A DNA stretch of 60,979 nucleotides, the filler included, from Diploschistes diacapsis (taxonomy: Eukaryota): assembly GCA_023645945.1 (NCBI GenBank). It is 9 parts of 9 records of this genome, joined end to end, with 100 filler letters (N's around TTAATTAATTAA, not from the genome) between each part and the next. Parts side by side here need not be neighbours in the genome. Positions count along the whole stretch, not along the records: positions 35,324 to 39,522 come from JALAIB010001752.1; positions 39,623 to 43,820 come from JALAIB010001753.1; positions 43,921 to 48,114 come from JALAIB010001754.1; positions 48,215 to 52,405 come from JALAIB010001755.1; 5 more parts are not named here. The stretch is one strand, 5' to 3'. The stretch's first letter is position 1, and every line of letters starts with the position of its first letter. Below are positions 38,696 to 52,505 of the stretch, in pieces. A program made the position numbers and the translations under genes. The notes below the pieces were generated by a model. It was not told the origin of the DNA and did no database searches. It worked only from the letters and a program-made list of their open reading frames with translations.

Positions 38696-39499
38696 ATGTA
38701 TTTCAAGTCCGCCACCATCGCCTATTTCGCCCTCCTCCTCTCAACCACCAGCGCCCAGCCCTATACTCCAATCCACGCACGCAGCCCAGACGCCAAAGTT
38801 GACGCGGGCAAAATCGCCAAAAGGTTGGGGGGGACCTCGAAGCCTGCGGTTCAGGCTGGCTGCAAAGGCTTCAGCAAGCGCGACCTCGGCGGCCTCTACG
38901 AGCTTGCGGCCCGCGACCCCAAGGTCAACGTCGGCGGCATCTTCAAAGACATGGCCCAGGGCGTGGGAACGGTCCAAGGAGCCGGCGTCAAGGCGCTCCT
39001 CGGGCGCGAAGCTCTCGACGACGACGAGCTACAGCTGCTCAGCGGCGGGGGGTTTCAACGTCCAGCAGGCTCTGCCGGGCATAGAGAAGGCCATGGGCAC
39101 GGTCGGGGGGGGGGCACGATCGGAAAAGCGCTCCTGCACGTACCGCGAGGCCAAGGGGGCCGAACGACGTCGCCATCCTCAACGCCAGCGCCGGGATCGT
39201 GGGCCAGGCCCGCACCGGAAAACGCGACGCTGCCGCCTTTTTACTTGGACGACGAGGGACGCGTTCGACCTGTACGCGCGCGATGCCGAGGCCGATCCCG
39301 ACGCCTTTCTCGACGGACAATGTTTTGACATGCATGCCCGCGAGGCAGAGGCTGGCGGTAAATTCAACACCGTTGCACCGGAGCTTGTCAGGGCCCGCTC
39401 TGGGGATCATTAACTCGGCGAAGCAGAGGCCCCGAGGCCGAGGCCGAGTTTGAGGAGCTTGCGGCGAGGGGTTTGGAGTATGATGATGTCTTTTCTTGA
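38696..39499 (+). CDS. Secreted repetitive peptide precursor (Kex2/Ste13-processed type); several frameshifts in the 3' half
   Basis: Signal peptide MYFKSATIAYFALLLSTTSA; spacers IHAR-SPDA, KR-DL..LAAR-DP, KR-DA, LYAR-DAEADPDA, MHAR-EAEA, EAEAEFEELAAR; related core peptides lie between the spacers. Confidence 0.7.
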
Positions 39500-41345
39500 A
39501 GGGTGCGCGGGCCGTGATGAGGNNNNNNNNNNNNNNNNNNNNNNNNNNNNNNNNNNNNNNNNNNNNTTAATTAATTAANNNNNNNNNNNNNNNNNNNNNN
39601 NNNNNNNNNNNNNNNNNNNNNNAGAAGGCGGGGAGAGACGCACAGGTCTTGGAGCATGGGACGTGGGTTTTTGGGCGCGAACTAGAAGGGGGGAAGGAGG
39701 GTTAGTGTTTTTGGCGATGGCGGGAGCGGGGGGGATTGGTTGCGTACATTCATGGTTGGTGGCCGAGAGGGTATGAGGGTATGGGGGTAGTGGTGGTGTG
39801 GTTTTTTTTTCTGTGGTTTGTAGGCGAGGATGCTGAATGGGAGGAATCTCTGTGGAAAGTTGAAGCTTGGAGTCGGCTTGTCGGAGGTCAGAGGTTTTCG
39901 GGTGGTTAGTCAGCGGGATCGGTGTCAACAACGGTTTTCTGCGGAAGAACTTTTACGTTTACTCGCTTTCGTATCAATCAATACAAGCGTCAGTTGGAGC
40001 TTAGGTTGGTTCTTCCAGTCTGTAACGAGAGCTGGATTGAAGACGTCGAGCATCGCATGGGAACCCCGGAAGGAAGATCTTCACCCGAATTGTTGTGCTG
40101 CAGCTGCCTCGAGAAACGATGGCACCTCGACACTCCCAACTACGTCGTGGCAAGCGCTATCTGTTCTGGTGCTGCCTGCTTTGATGTGATATACGGCAGG
40201 AACTTGAACTATGTGCAGCATATGCTATTGCAATGCCTGTCCGACTCTCGACTCTATACCGTCCTTGGGAAGAGCTATGTATATCGGATCATTATTGCTG
40301 CGCACCTCGTTCCTTTCATACCATTTCTGCCATAAACTATCTGCATCGGTTCTGTTCTATATCTATCGGCTTTCAATTAGACTATGTCTTCCGAGTATCT
40401 TAAAGTGCTTTTAGTACCTCGCTATGCTATCTGCTCCAGCCTTCTGCTTCCCACCACACGTAGTCTCTCATTCATGATCGTTTCTGAATTTATTTTGTAC
40501 TCATACTTGAGTGTTCCTCCAAAATGGCGGGATTTCTCTCATGATGTGGCTAGCTCGAATTGTCACCGTGTACTTAGAGAGGCCTCAGAACCTTGATCTT
40601 GATTTCTCCAAGACTGACTCAGAACCGACGTATAGAATACGCGTTACAATTCTCAAGAATGCGAGGAAGTGAAGCTGTCAGAACTTGTGATACTCATATA
40701 AAAGATTAGTTTGCCTAGCAGCATTTTTCTGTCGTCAGCTATCTAGAAGATAGTTAAGTTACAACCGTTCTATACCAAAAAGCGGTAGCAAGTGAAGTTT
40801 CTCCTGTCTGAACTGGTGATGTTTCTGTCGTGATAGAAAGTGTGCCGGTAAAATGCTTCTCCGAATCCGAAGCTTCTGCACGCTACCTCTCTTGGACAAG
40901 CAGAATTCTGTGATATCGCCATCCCTTACGCTATTCCATCCCCATACCATCTGGCGCTCTCTCATCGAGATATCAAGGTGCCATAGATGCTCAAGACTGC
41001 AAAGCCGCACCTGGGGCTGTGCAGTCGAAGAGAGTTCCGTAACACTAGGACAAACGCAGATCAAAGGAACCCCTTGCGCCGATGCTCGTCAAAGAAAAAG
41101 AAATCTTTCTGCTTATTGTTGTTGGCTAATTTGCTCGAGATTATTTTCATAAGCGTAAATTCTTTTCGAATACTTTTTATATCACAACATTGTACCGGCT
41201 ATCACCCTTCTAAATTGAAATTTCTTCAAGCAACTTTCAGTTATTCTCACCAGGGTTTAGCAAGACTTTAATTTGATCACGGTCCAGTGCAAAGCATAAG
41301 AACTGGTAATCGACGTCTCTCCGGCCTGCGGAGGCCTTCCTGTCA

Positions 41346-43395
41346 ATGAGCCGCATCGCCACTAAGCTGGTGTTCATCCAGCGCTCCGATGGCAAAGAGA
41401 TCACTGTGGATTCGAGGACGAGAAGGGAAGAGAAAAATGCTCCCACTAGCGAGCAGCTGACCAAGACTAAAGGAGAGAATGGACAGTGGAGTTACTACCA
41501 CGAGCTGGAGATCACGGACAAACGCAACTATGATTGGAGGAAGAAGCTCGGTGGTTTGCTCATCGAGACTATGGCGGCGGCGATGAAGGACAAGAAGGAG
41601 GACATGAGCAAGCTAAGTGAGTTTTGGTTATTGCAGATTTCAGAGACCAAACTCACAAACGGTAGACGCGGACAAGTACGTCCTTGCGGCCCTCCCAGAG
41701 AATTATCGCTTGTACGAACATCGTCGGGTTGCGAATCCCGACAACCTGGATGAAAGAGGCGCAGGTGATCGGAGCGATGTTTATCTGTATGGCTACCCGC
41801 AGGGCCGTAAGAAGCGGTTTAGGAGCCCTAACGACTTCTTCCATCACTTGTTATGGCTGGCGACAGACGAGACAGCCGATCCCGAAAACTGTCAGTGCAA
41901 GTTTTGTGCCTCGGATGAAGCTCAGAAGGCCTTTTCCGAAATCGAAAAAACTCAGCGGCAGAGGTTCGGCATCAAATCGGATGGACAGAAGCAAGCCACA
42001 AGGCCCGGCCTGGCGCCTCAAAGCAGGGATAGATCAAGTGAGACGGTCCAAACCACGCCTACAACGAAGATCACCGTGGAGGTACCGAAGAGAGCGACAG
42101 CTCCAAGCCTCTCGAGCGCCCCTCCACAGCCTTCCAAATCTCCTGCGCCAACAGCACAGTTAGCTCAGTCTCCTATCACTACCCCGGCCCCTCCTATCGT
42201 TACTCCGAACCCTCCAGTACAGCCTACGAACGCGGAGCAAGTACTTGACGCACAACCCAGCAAGTTTATGTTCCGGCCAGGAGAGGTCGTTTGGTACCAG
42301 CGAAACAGCGACAGAGGCGGAGCTGTTGGCCTTTCCGTCGTCACAGGGCGAGAGCTCATGAGGGACATAAACCGAGCGATTCGTGCAACCTACCACGTTC
42401 AGCCACTTTCACATCCCTTTCATCATCCTCCTGTAGTCCTCATCAAAGACGAGCAACTTCTGAAACCTTGGCTGGCGTTCAGTCCGCCGGAGAACTTCCA
42501 CGAATCGCTGCGCAAGATCAACGTAGCTTTCGATCAAATACCCTGGCGCCAACTCCTGGACGGCGTGTACGGCGAAGGCGACACCGAAGCAGACGGGAGC
42601 ATCTTCGCCGCCAAAACCGTCGACGCAAGCTACACGCCCTTCGAAGTCCTCTCCCAAACGTCCACGGAAACAAAATACAACGGCGTCTTCCTCGGCGGCG
42701 AGAAGATCTGGCGCGGCGAAGCCCTCCGGCTGAAGAACGGCAACGGCAAAGACATCATGATCCTCTCCGAGATCGTCGAAAAGCCCGCCTCCACGGCCAG
42801 CCCGACCAACGGCCAGCAGCCGACGGGGCCGGAGCTGTTCTTCGTCGGCGACCTCTACAGCTACCGCAGCAACCCGCAGCCGACGAAGCAGATGCCCCGC
42901 AACACCTACCTCCCCGTCCGCGTGCAGCAGGACCTCGAGTTCCGCAACAGCGCCAGCATGGCGCGCGGCAAGGGCACCAACTACTGGAAATTCATCCGGC
43001 CGCTGGCGCGCCTGACGGCCGCGGCGATCAAGGGCCGCTGGTACGAGAGCCGCAGCATGATCCCGATCCTGCACAGCCCGGACGCGCTCGCGCAGGCGGT
43101 GGGGGAGGGCGAGGTGGAGGACATCGGGGAGTCGCTGAACAGCCACGGGGACTCGTCGGCGATCGTGCCGGCGGGGCAGAGGAGGAAGGCGACGCGACTG
43201 GAGGCGTTTGGCATGGCGGTGCCGCAGAGCATCGTGTTTGGTGGTGGGGGTATCACGCAGCGGGAAGGGCAGCAGCAGCAGCAGCAGCAGCAGGGCGGGC
43301 AGCAGGCGCAGCAAGAGGATGTGGAGGTGGAGATGACGGACTACGTGGACGTGAGTCAAGGGCAGGGTGCTTTTGGCGCGGGTTACATGGGCTAG
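41346..43395 (+). CDS. CLR2: Transcription-silencing protein Clr2 (SHREC subunit); intron 41617-41665
   Basis: IQRSDG, DWRKKLGG, LPENYRLYEH, DVYLYGYPQGRKKRFRSPNDFFHHLLWL..CQCKFC, MFRPGEVVW, YNGVFLGGEKIWRGEALRL, IKGRWYE. Confidence 0.9.
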
Positions 43396-44360
43396 AAGGA
43401 GGAGAGATGGCGTGGGAGTCATGTGCTGACGGATCTACGTCGAATAGTGCTTTGGGGCTTTTGTAGGACGTGCAATATTAAGGCGGGTGCAGAGAAACAA
43501 ATGAACGGTAGAGCTTCCTTTGCACATTGGGACATGGCCTGGGGGGAAAAAGCACGAGGTTTCTCGGTAGGTCCATCCATTCGTGAAGAAAGGGCAGGGT
43601 CAGTTTTCCAGGATCCAAGTCCTCAGATCGCCCGTAGCTGCAAGCTCTCTCAGAGACTCCCCCCAAGCTTCCCCAATCCCCACACATCGCGCCTCCAATC
43701 CGGTACCCAATTTTCGGATAAAGCACCCGGACCCGCCTGGGACACACCCTGGCAAACCATATCCACCTTCCCCTCTCCATCTTCAACCCGAATGGCCCCT
43801 CCCTCTCTTCAACCTTCCCCNNNNNNNNNNNNNNNNNNNNNNNNNNNNNNNNNNNNNNNNNNNNTTAATTAATTAANNNNNNNNNNNNNNNNNNNNNNNN
43901 NNNNNNNNNNNNNNNNNNNNGGATAGGGGGTGTGGTGACTGCTTTTTGGGGGCCATATTGGGGCGCAGAGGGTTTTAAAGCCCTAATCTAATCAGTTTTG
44001 AACTTTTACGGCATTTCTATATAGAGATTTGGCCTCCCATATAGTTATTTAGGCGGATCCAATCCGCGTTTGCTTTGAAATCAACTTTTTGTGATCTACA
44101 TGGATGTATCGGAGATGGCACGCTTGTGACGCAGTGTAGCTCGTATATGTAATGCATACTAATTATTATGGGAACTAGATATGAGCTAAACAGCTTGGCA
44201 GACACACTATATGTGACCGGGGTGGGGAGCAGGTGGTGCTCCCGAATCGCCCTGTGTTCAATGGGTACCTTCATTCTCGCACAATGTCTTCGAGCTTGAT
44301 ACATACTCCCCATGCGTCTCGCCTTTTTGGTCCTACCGTGTTCCGTACCAAGCTGAATAG

Positions 44361-45305
44361 ATGGACCAGACTTCCCTCCTCAAGAAACTTCCCACAGAAC
44401 TACTGATATTAACCCTCACATGGCTCGGCCGTATCGATATCCAAACCCTGCTTCTTGCCCAGCGCGTCTGCATGCAGTGGCGCTATTTGATCCAGAGTAG
44501 TCCAGGGGCGCAAAGAGCGTTATAATTGCGTCCGACATGGGTAGGAACGGCAGAAGATACCCAGGGTGAGGAGGAAAACGGGAATGAGTCAGACGCAGAT
44601 GCTCTCAATCCGCTGCTCTGTCGAGTCTTTGGGCAGATCCTCGACACCTAAAAGTTTAAAGACGAATCAGAAGGTGAATTAGGAGAGAATAGAGCCTTCA
44701 CGACTTTGCCCTGGGCTGTCGATGAGACTAGTCGCCGAAAAGTCTTGCACCGCACGGCTAGCTGGCGGCGTATGCTAATCTCTAGACGCGCCACCAGAGT
44801 GCTGTTTATTGTCCATAGGCAGGACGGTCAGAATGGGGACGATTTCCGCGTCTCCAAGGTCGAGTTCCAAGGCTGGAATGAGTACGGTTGCATGACGATG
44901 GGCGCTTACTACGATATACTACTGGGGAAAGAGACGCCTGCGATGCCACCCCCGGAAGAGTTCGGCCACTGGCTTCTCCAGCCAGGCAAGCTACCTGCTC
45001 ACGGCACGAACGTGACAGATTTGGAGCATGTCGATTTCGCAATGTACGGGCACCGCGATTCGGCTTTCGCGGAGGCGAATCCCTCTTTGGCGGAGTTCCC
45101 GTGGATAGCTCCTCACCTGGAGGATGCGAGTTATGGAGCGACCCTGATAACGGAGTCGACTATGCAGTGTTCGATTTATGACAGTGATGATTATGAGAGC
45201 GATAGAACTTCGAGGTACTGGGTGCCGACTAGGATAGAAGACCCTCCAGAGATTGTGCACACAGGGCCATCACCTTCGGGTTTTGTGGACTGGTATTGGC
45301 AATGA
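44361..45305 (+). pseudogene. F-box protein gene with two in-frame stops
   Basis: LKKLPTELLILTLTWLGRIDIQTLLLAQRVCMQWRYLIQSSPGAQRAL is an F-box, followed by TAA at 44523 and 44649 in the same frame as LNPLL and ASWRRML. Confidence 0.8.
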
Positions 45306-46251
45306 CATGGCGCCTCCTTTTAAAATGGTGGAGTTGTCATGGCCCGGTCCCGGATTACTGCTATGGCTCATATATTCCCTGATTTAGCAGCAGTGTGATC
45401 GAGAGTCTCTGGCCGCATGAAATCAGAGATACGCCAAAAAGTCTTGGCTCTTATGAGAGCGCCCTGGAGGCTCCATGTCTGACTGCGAAAACAAGACAGC
45501 TGCTCTGTTTTTGATAAGAGTCTCGTTACGCATTCACCAACTGTTACGCTTTCATATGTTGAGCAAGAGACGACTCAGATGTCAGTTTAGAAGGTTATTG
45601 CGGCAGTGCCAGCCATACCGCAACACAATACTTCAAGGCCAAACCTTGTTCGTTGTCTGAACTATCTTCAATCGTTCTTTAGGAGAAACTACAGATGAAC
45701 AAGCACAGGTCGACGTTGTAGGGTCAGAGGTCTGACCATCATCTCCGTTGATAATCCATTGTAACGAGGCAAATAGCCCCTTTCTGGGCCTGCCAAAACA
45801 TTGCAAAGCAATCATGAACGTGTCACCAAGACAAATGTTTTCCGACTCTGTCAAATCAATAGAACTAAAATAGCTTGTTTAATAGGAAGAATTTTCGTAG
45901 CAAAAGAGGCTTCCAGATGCAGGGTGTCCTAAAGCTTGGACAGCAGAGTAAATCTTCTCACTCCCATGCGTCGTGTCGTACTTGTTTCAATATCTTGCTA
46001 GGATTTAACTGGTGAGGCTTCCCTGGCAACAAGATGCTATCATATAAGGACCCGCTGGTGTAGTCATTTAGGATAAGGTCCTGGTCATCGAAAAAGGAGA
46101 TCAATTCAGGGGTCCAGCACAGCGGAGTCCCCCCCCCCCCAAATATGGAAGATTTAGTCATCAATTATTCTTGGCATCACCTGTGCGAAGGGAAGTGAGA
46201 GAGAGCTTCACAAGGGCAGTCCAAGCTACACCCACCAGCGGGGATGTCGGC

Positions 46252-48114
46252 ATGCTTCTTTCATACTTTTCTCTACTCTCCTTGATCCTCCTTACCCAGT
46301 TAGCTGCGGCATTTTCCGGCTACAGCGAGCAACTCGTGCTCCAGCCCCTAGTCCCAGCATCGGTTCTCGCCTCCTTCAACTTCCGCAGCAACGCTTCGCA
46401 GAGCTCCTACGAGCACCAGCACTACCACTTCTTCCCCCGATCGCTCGGACAAATCCTACAGCATGCCCACGCAAAGGAATTGCACCTGAGGTTTAGTACT
46501 GGGAGATGGGACGCCCAAAGCTGGGGGACACGGCCGCAAGATGGCGTCAAGGAAGGTGGGACGGGTGTTGAAATATGGGCTTGGGTGGAAGCGGATACGG
46601 AGGACGAGTGAGCGCTCAGACGAGCCATTTCGTGCATGCAGTTTCTGAATAGTGCTTCAGGGCTTTCTCGCGGTGGATAACACTCAACCATGCCCTTGCC
46701 GGACTGTTTTGCGCCTCTATGAATTTCATCGACTCGACACGAACGACACGGCCGGTTATGACGTTTGAGCCGTTCGGCGACCACATCTCGAATTCTAGCT
46801 CCCAACTGCATCTGCTCCACGGTACATTACCGCGTGAGGTCGTTTGCACGGAAAACTTGACACCATTCTTGAAGCTACTACCGTGCAAAGGCAAGGCCGG
46901 CATTTCCACTCTTTTGGATGGGCACAAACTATTTGACTCCATATGGCAGACGATGGCGATCGATGTACGCCCCGTCTGCCCTAGCGGTCAGCCAGAATGC
47001 CTCATGGAGATTGAGCAAACTATTGATATGGTCTTGGATATCGAACGCTCCAAGAGACCACGCGGTAGGCTCAACAACGGGTTCCCGGTACGTTACTAAA
47101 GCCTCTGCAGATGATCCAATTCCACGCCCCCTTCCTCAGGACCGGCTGATCTGCGACACTTCGAAAATTTACCCAGAAGGTGACTATTGCTATCCCCTCG
47201 ATCTCTCAGAAACGCAATCCTTCACCCTAAAGGAACTCTTCGGCAGTCCCATCCTCGGTACTTGCCTTTCCAGCCAATCCTCCTCGTCCTCCTCTTCCGC
47301 CGCTGAGCTACCAGTCTGCATCAAAGCCCCCCACACCCTGGACGTCTTCACCACCTCCGGCGCAACAGCCCACAAATCCCCCGACCAGCCCCTTTCCCGC
47401 TGCCTCTCCATCCCCAGCACCGGCGAATTCGAGCTCCTAATCTCCAAACAAGACCCCTCGCGCTTCGCCCCCATCACCATTCCTCCTCTATACGCCGAAC
47501 GTTCGATAACAGGCCACGGCCAAGAACGCGGCGGCGTGCGTGTGCTCCTCACTAACCCCTCCCCCGTCGACTCCGTCTCATTCGTCTACTTCGAGGCGCT
47601 TCCCTGGTTCATGAAGCCGTACCTGCACACGCTGAAGGCGAGCATTGACGCTAAACCAGCGCCCAGAGGCACGGTGGGCGACATGTACTACCGCCCCGGC
47701 CTCGACAGGAAGCGGGGAAGCCAGCTGGAGCTCTCTGTCAGCGTGCCGCCCGGGAAGACGGTGGAGCTGGGGTACTTCTTCGAGAAGGCGATTTTGAGGT
47801 ATACGGAGTATCCACCCGACGCAAATCGAGGCCGGGACGTGGCGCCTGCCATCATCAGGATCCTGGCGACTACTAACAACAACAGCAGCGCGCCTCCCAC
47901 GTCGGCCGTACAGCGTCCGGATTCGGATTCTGGTTCGTATCCGGGTGCAAATGTTGGACAGGGAGGAAGAGCGGCCCCGGCATACCTGCGCACCACGCCG
48001 CTCATGCTGCCGCTGCCGACGCCGGACTTTAGCATGCCGTACAACGTGATCATCCTAACGAGCACGGTGATTGCGCTGGCGTTTGGGACGGTGTATAATA
48101 TGCTTGTCAGAAGG
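46252..48114 (+). CDS. GPI16: GPI transamidase subunit PIG-T (3 exons, 3' end truncated)
   Basis: FPRSLGQIL, ELHLRFSTGRWD, GLFCASMNFID, LPREVVCTENLTPFLKLLPCKGKAGI, EYPPDANRG, LPTPDFSMPYNVIILTSTV. Confidence 0.96.
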
Positions 48115-48808
48115 NNNNNNNNNNNNNNNNNNNNNNNNNNNNNNNNNNNNNNNNNNNNTTAATTAATTAANNNNNNNNNNNNNNNNNNNNNNNNNNNNNN
48201 NNNNNNNNNNNNNNAGAAGATGGCAGTTGGGACATTATATATTAGCATTACCAAAACCGCTACATGTAGCTCCAGCGGGCTCAGCTATAGGCCACACCAC
48301 TCCACTCCTTTCCACTCCAAGTCCATCCCAGGTCCATGCGACCATCACCCTTATAACAATAACAGCGACAACAACAACGTTCACAACGACATCCCCAACG
48401 ATAAATGCCCCAGGCTTGTCCTCTAGCTCCCACCTTGAACCAGGAATAGATCGGATTGTAACTGTCCGCCCGAGCGGCCTGTGTGTTAATTGCGGGGTGG
48501 AAAAAAGAAGTGGAAGATGTGATAGAGGCCCGGCGGCCAGCGCCCGGCGCAGGAAAGGAGCAAGTATGGTTAGTATACACGACCATGGACAGGTAGATTT
48601 AATGCAGAGAAAATCGGGAGTGTAGAGGTGGATGCTCTCTGCGGCGCGGACGGCTGGGCCGTGGCGGATGTTGGTGTATCTGAATGGAAGGGAGGTAGTC
48701 AAGAGCGGGTAGTGGCTTTGTGCTCATAATGAGAAAGTAGGAGAGATGAGAAGAGCTTGTAGGGTGGAGCATGGCCGCGCGGAGATATTCGGGTAAAAAT
48801 CATGTTTT

Positions 48809-49713
<905 letters not shown>

Positions 49714-50721
49714 GGTTGCGGGGGGTCCGAGGGGAGTGCAGAGAAGATCGCAAAAGTAGCGACTTCAACTTGTGGATATAGAACGCTCAATTCTTGGCAC
49801 CTAAATATGATATCGGCCGCCTTCCGAGGTAGATTGAGCGAAGAAGACAGGACAGCTCGTGCACGGATGCTGAAACGTTGTGGTAAGCGCAGGATGGATC
49901 GGATCGAGCTGCGGTGTCACCGTAAGCAGAGGCAAACTGTCGTGTATCCTTCTCAAACACACTGGTCAAAGGCGGGAAAAAGATGGAGATATAGAACGAG
50001 AAAGGTTCAGTTGTGGCATCTGCAATATTCATTTCCTTTTTGTATTTGTCGTGGGAGACGTTGAGGTTCGTTCTTGTGTGAGAGTGCAATTTCCCCATGT
50101 TGACTCGATTCCCTGTACGGTTAAAGCATCTGGCCAATTATAGAGTGACGGAGTTGAGTCGGTGCGCTCCCGGCCCCCTTTTCCGTGCGTTTCCCACTTG
50201 AGTTTAGCGTTCACAAATGCTACCTTCGGATGGAAACCATCGACTTCAATCTCTTATGTATTGTATATATCATGCACTCTGCGCTTCTCACAACTATTCG
50301 CATGATATTATAGGATTCCGGGCGTCCGCTACGCAGACAGGCAGCCCCTTTCCGAAGGTCAAAGTATTAGCTAGGTGGAGGCGTCTCTGCAAGCTTCAAC
50401 TTTGTTGTTTATCTTTGCAGCAGTTGGAGCACTCCCGAGCATTTCTTTGCACAGTCACTCCTTGTCATCTGGAACTGAAGTCTTGTAAAGACATGAACTT
50501 GATCGTTAGCCGTTGTATTCTCCTACACAGTTGTGGTTGCTCTCACGAGTATCGTGGCAGTGCAAGAATTTGTAAGCCTAATTTACTGGACTCGATCCTC
50601 CCATACAATCCGTGCAAAATTAGCAAGGTAAACCAGCATGTAGTACTTTTTTCATTGCAAGCGTTTCTTTGCTTTCCCACTCAAAGTTTTTCTCTCCCAA
50701 TGCTTCCCATCAGCGAACACA

Positions 50722-52405
50722 ATGGCCTCAGACTCGCCCGCCGTCTCCGATCCCATTGGCACCTCCTCCGCACCGTCCACAAATGGCGCTGATGAAGCCC
50801 AACCCTCTACCCCAGCCCAAAACGAGCAACAATCCGCAGCGCAACCCTTCAACCCCGGCTGGCGCTTCTACTCCGCCTTTGCCTCCCTCTGCGTCGTCAT
50901 CATGGCCGCCGCCCTCGACGCCACCTCGCTCTCCGTGGCACTCCCCATCATAGCCCAAGCCCTCAACGGCACCGCCATCCAAACCTTCTGGTCCGGCACC
51001 TCGTACCTCCTAACCTCCACCGTCTTCCAGCCCACCTTCGCCTCACTCTCCTACCACTGCGGTCGGAAACCCATCTTGCTACTCTCCGTCCTGCTCTTCA
51101 CCGTCGGCGCCATCGTCGCGGCCGTCGCGCAGGACTTCACCACCCTACTCGCGGGCCGCAGCGTACAGGGCATCGGCGGCGGCGGCATTATCAGTATCAC
51201 GGAGATACTGATCACGGACCTGGTCCCGCTGCGGGAGCGGGGCACGTGGTTCGGGTTCCAGAGCCTGACGTGGGCCGTGGGCTCCGTGTCGGGCCCGATC
51301 GTCGGCGGCGCCTTCGCGCAGGGCGCGTCGTGGCGCTGGATCTTCTGGATCAACCTGCCCTTCTGCGGGCTCGGCTTCGTCGCTCTGCCGATCTTCCTGC
51401 GGCTGAACAAAAGACCCGGCTCGCTCGCCTCGCAGCTCGCGGCGTTCGACTGGGCCGGCGCGATTCTGCTCACGGCGTCGGTAACAAGCTTCCTGATGCC
51501 CGTGTCCTGGGGCGGCGCGCTCTTCCCCTGGTCGTCCTGGCACACGCTGGTCCCGCTGCTGCTCGGCCTCGCCGGCATGCTCGGCTTCGTCTACCTCGAG
51601 CTGCGCGTCGCCCAAAACCCGCTGATCCCGCTGCGCATCTTCCGCCCCCGCACCGCACTCATCAACTACTACGGCACTTTCGTCCAGGGCACCATCCTCT
51701 GGTGCGGCCTCTACTACCTTCCCCTCTACTACGAAGCCGTCAAGGGCTACGGGCCCTTGCTCGTCGGCGTCGCCATGTTCCCCGAGACCTTCACCGTGGT
51801 GCCGGCCTCCATCCTCGTCGGCGTGCTCGCCACCAGAACAGGCCGCTACCGCTGGGCCATCTGGTCCGGCTGGCTGCTCGCCGTCGCGGGCATGGGCCTG
51901 CTCTGCCTCCTGACGCCCGACACCGGCGTCCCGGCCTGGGTGCTCATCAACCTCGTCGCCGGCCTCGGCCTCGGGCTGTTGTTTTCCAGCATGAACCTCG
52001 CCATCCAGGCCGCCACGCCGCAGCGCGACGTCGGCTTCGCGGCCGCGACGTACGTCTTCCTGCGCGCGCTGGGCACGAGCGTCGGCGTCGCGGTCGGCGG
52101 CATCGTGTTCGAGAACCAGTTCGCGCTGCGGCTGGCCGCGTGTCCGGAGCCGGCGGGGGGTGCGGGCGCGCTGGCGCAGGACGCCGCCGGCCTGGTGCAG
52201 GTTATCCGGGCGATGTCCGTGGATGATCCGCGGCGGGCCATGATCGTGCAGGCGTATGCGGATGGGCTGCGGGTCGTGTGGGCGGTTATGGCGGGGCTGG
52301 CGGGCTCGGCGCTGGTGGTGAGCGCGTGGGTGGAGGGGCTGAGTTTGGATGTGGAGCATGAGGCGGAGCAGGGGATAAGGGAGAAGAGGGGGCGTGGAGA
52401 TGGAG
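50722..52405 (+). CDS. MFS drug:H+ antiporter (DHA2, 14-TM type); last codons lost at the spacer
   Basis: AALDATSLSVALPII, WSGTSYLL, GRSVQGIGGGG, DLVPLRERG, WRWIFWINLP, many transmembrane helices. Confidence 0.93.
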
Positions 52406-52505
52406 NNNNNNNNNNNNNNNNNNNNNNNNNNNNNNNNNNNNNNNNNNNNTTAATTAATTAANNNNNNNNNNNNNNNNNNNNNNNNNNNNNNNNNNNNNNN
52501 NNNNN

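Noticed and set aside
39922..40335. Cys-containing ORF upstream of CLR2
   Set aside because: It has a non-ATG start and no coherent zinc-finger or signal-peptide pattern.
17169..43395. SUZ12 and CLR2 as a heterochromatin gene cluster
   Set aside because: They are separated by three contig spacers and many unrelated genes, so linkage is unsupported.
42291..43466. Long overlapping and antisense ORFs over CLR2; similar ORFs over the MFS gene (51145-52359), nitrilase and EDE1
   Set aside because: These are expected shadows of high-GC3 coding sequence and carry no independent protein motifs.
9184..48114. EMC7, PGA1 and GPI16 as an ER/GPI cluster
   Set aside because: They are widely spaced, partly on different contigs, and interleaved with unrelated genes.
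50217..50792. 191-aa ORF upstream of the MFS gene
   Set aside because: Its composition is not protein-like and it overlaps the MFS start in another frame.
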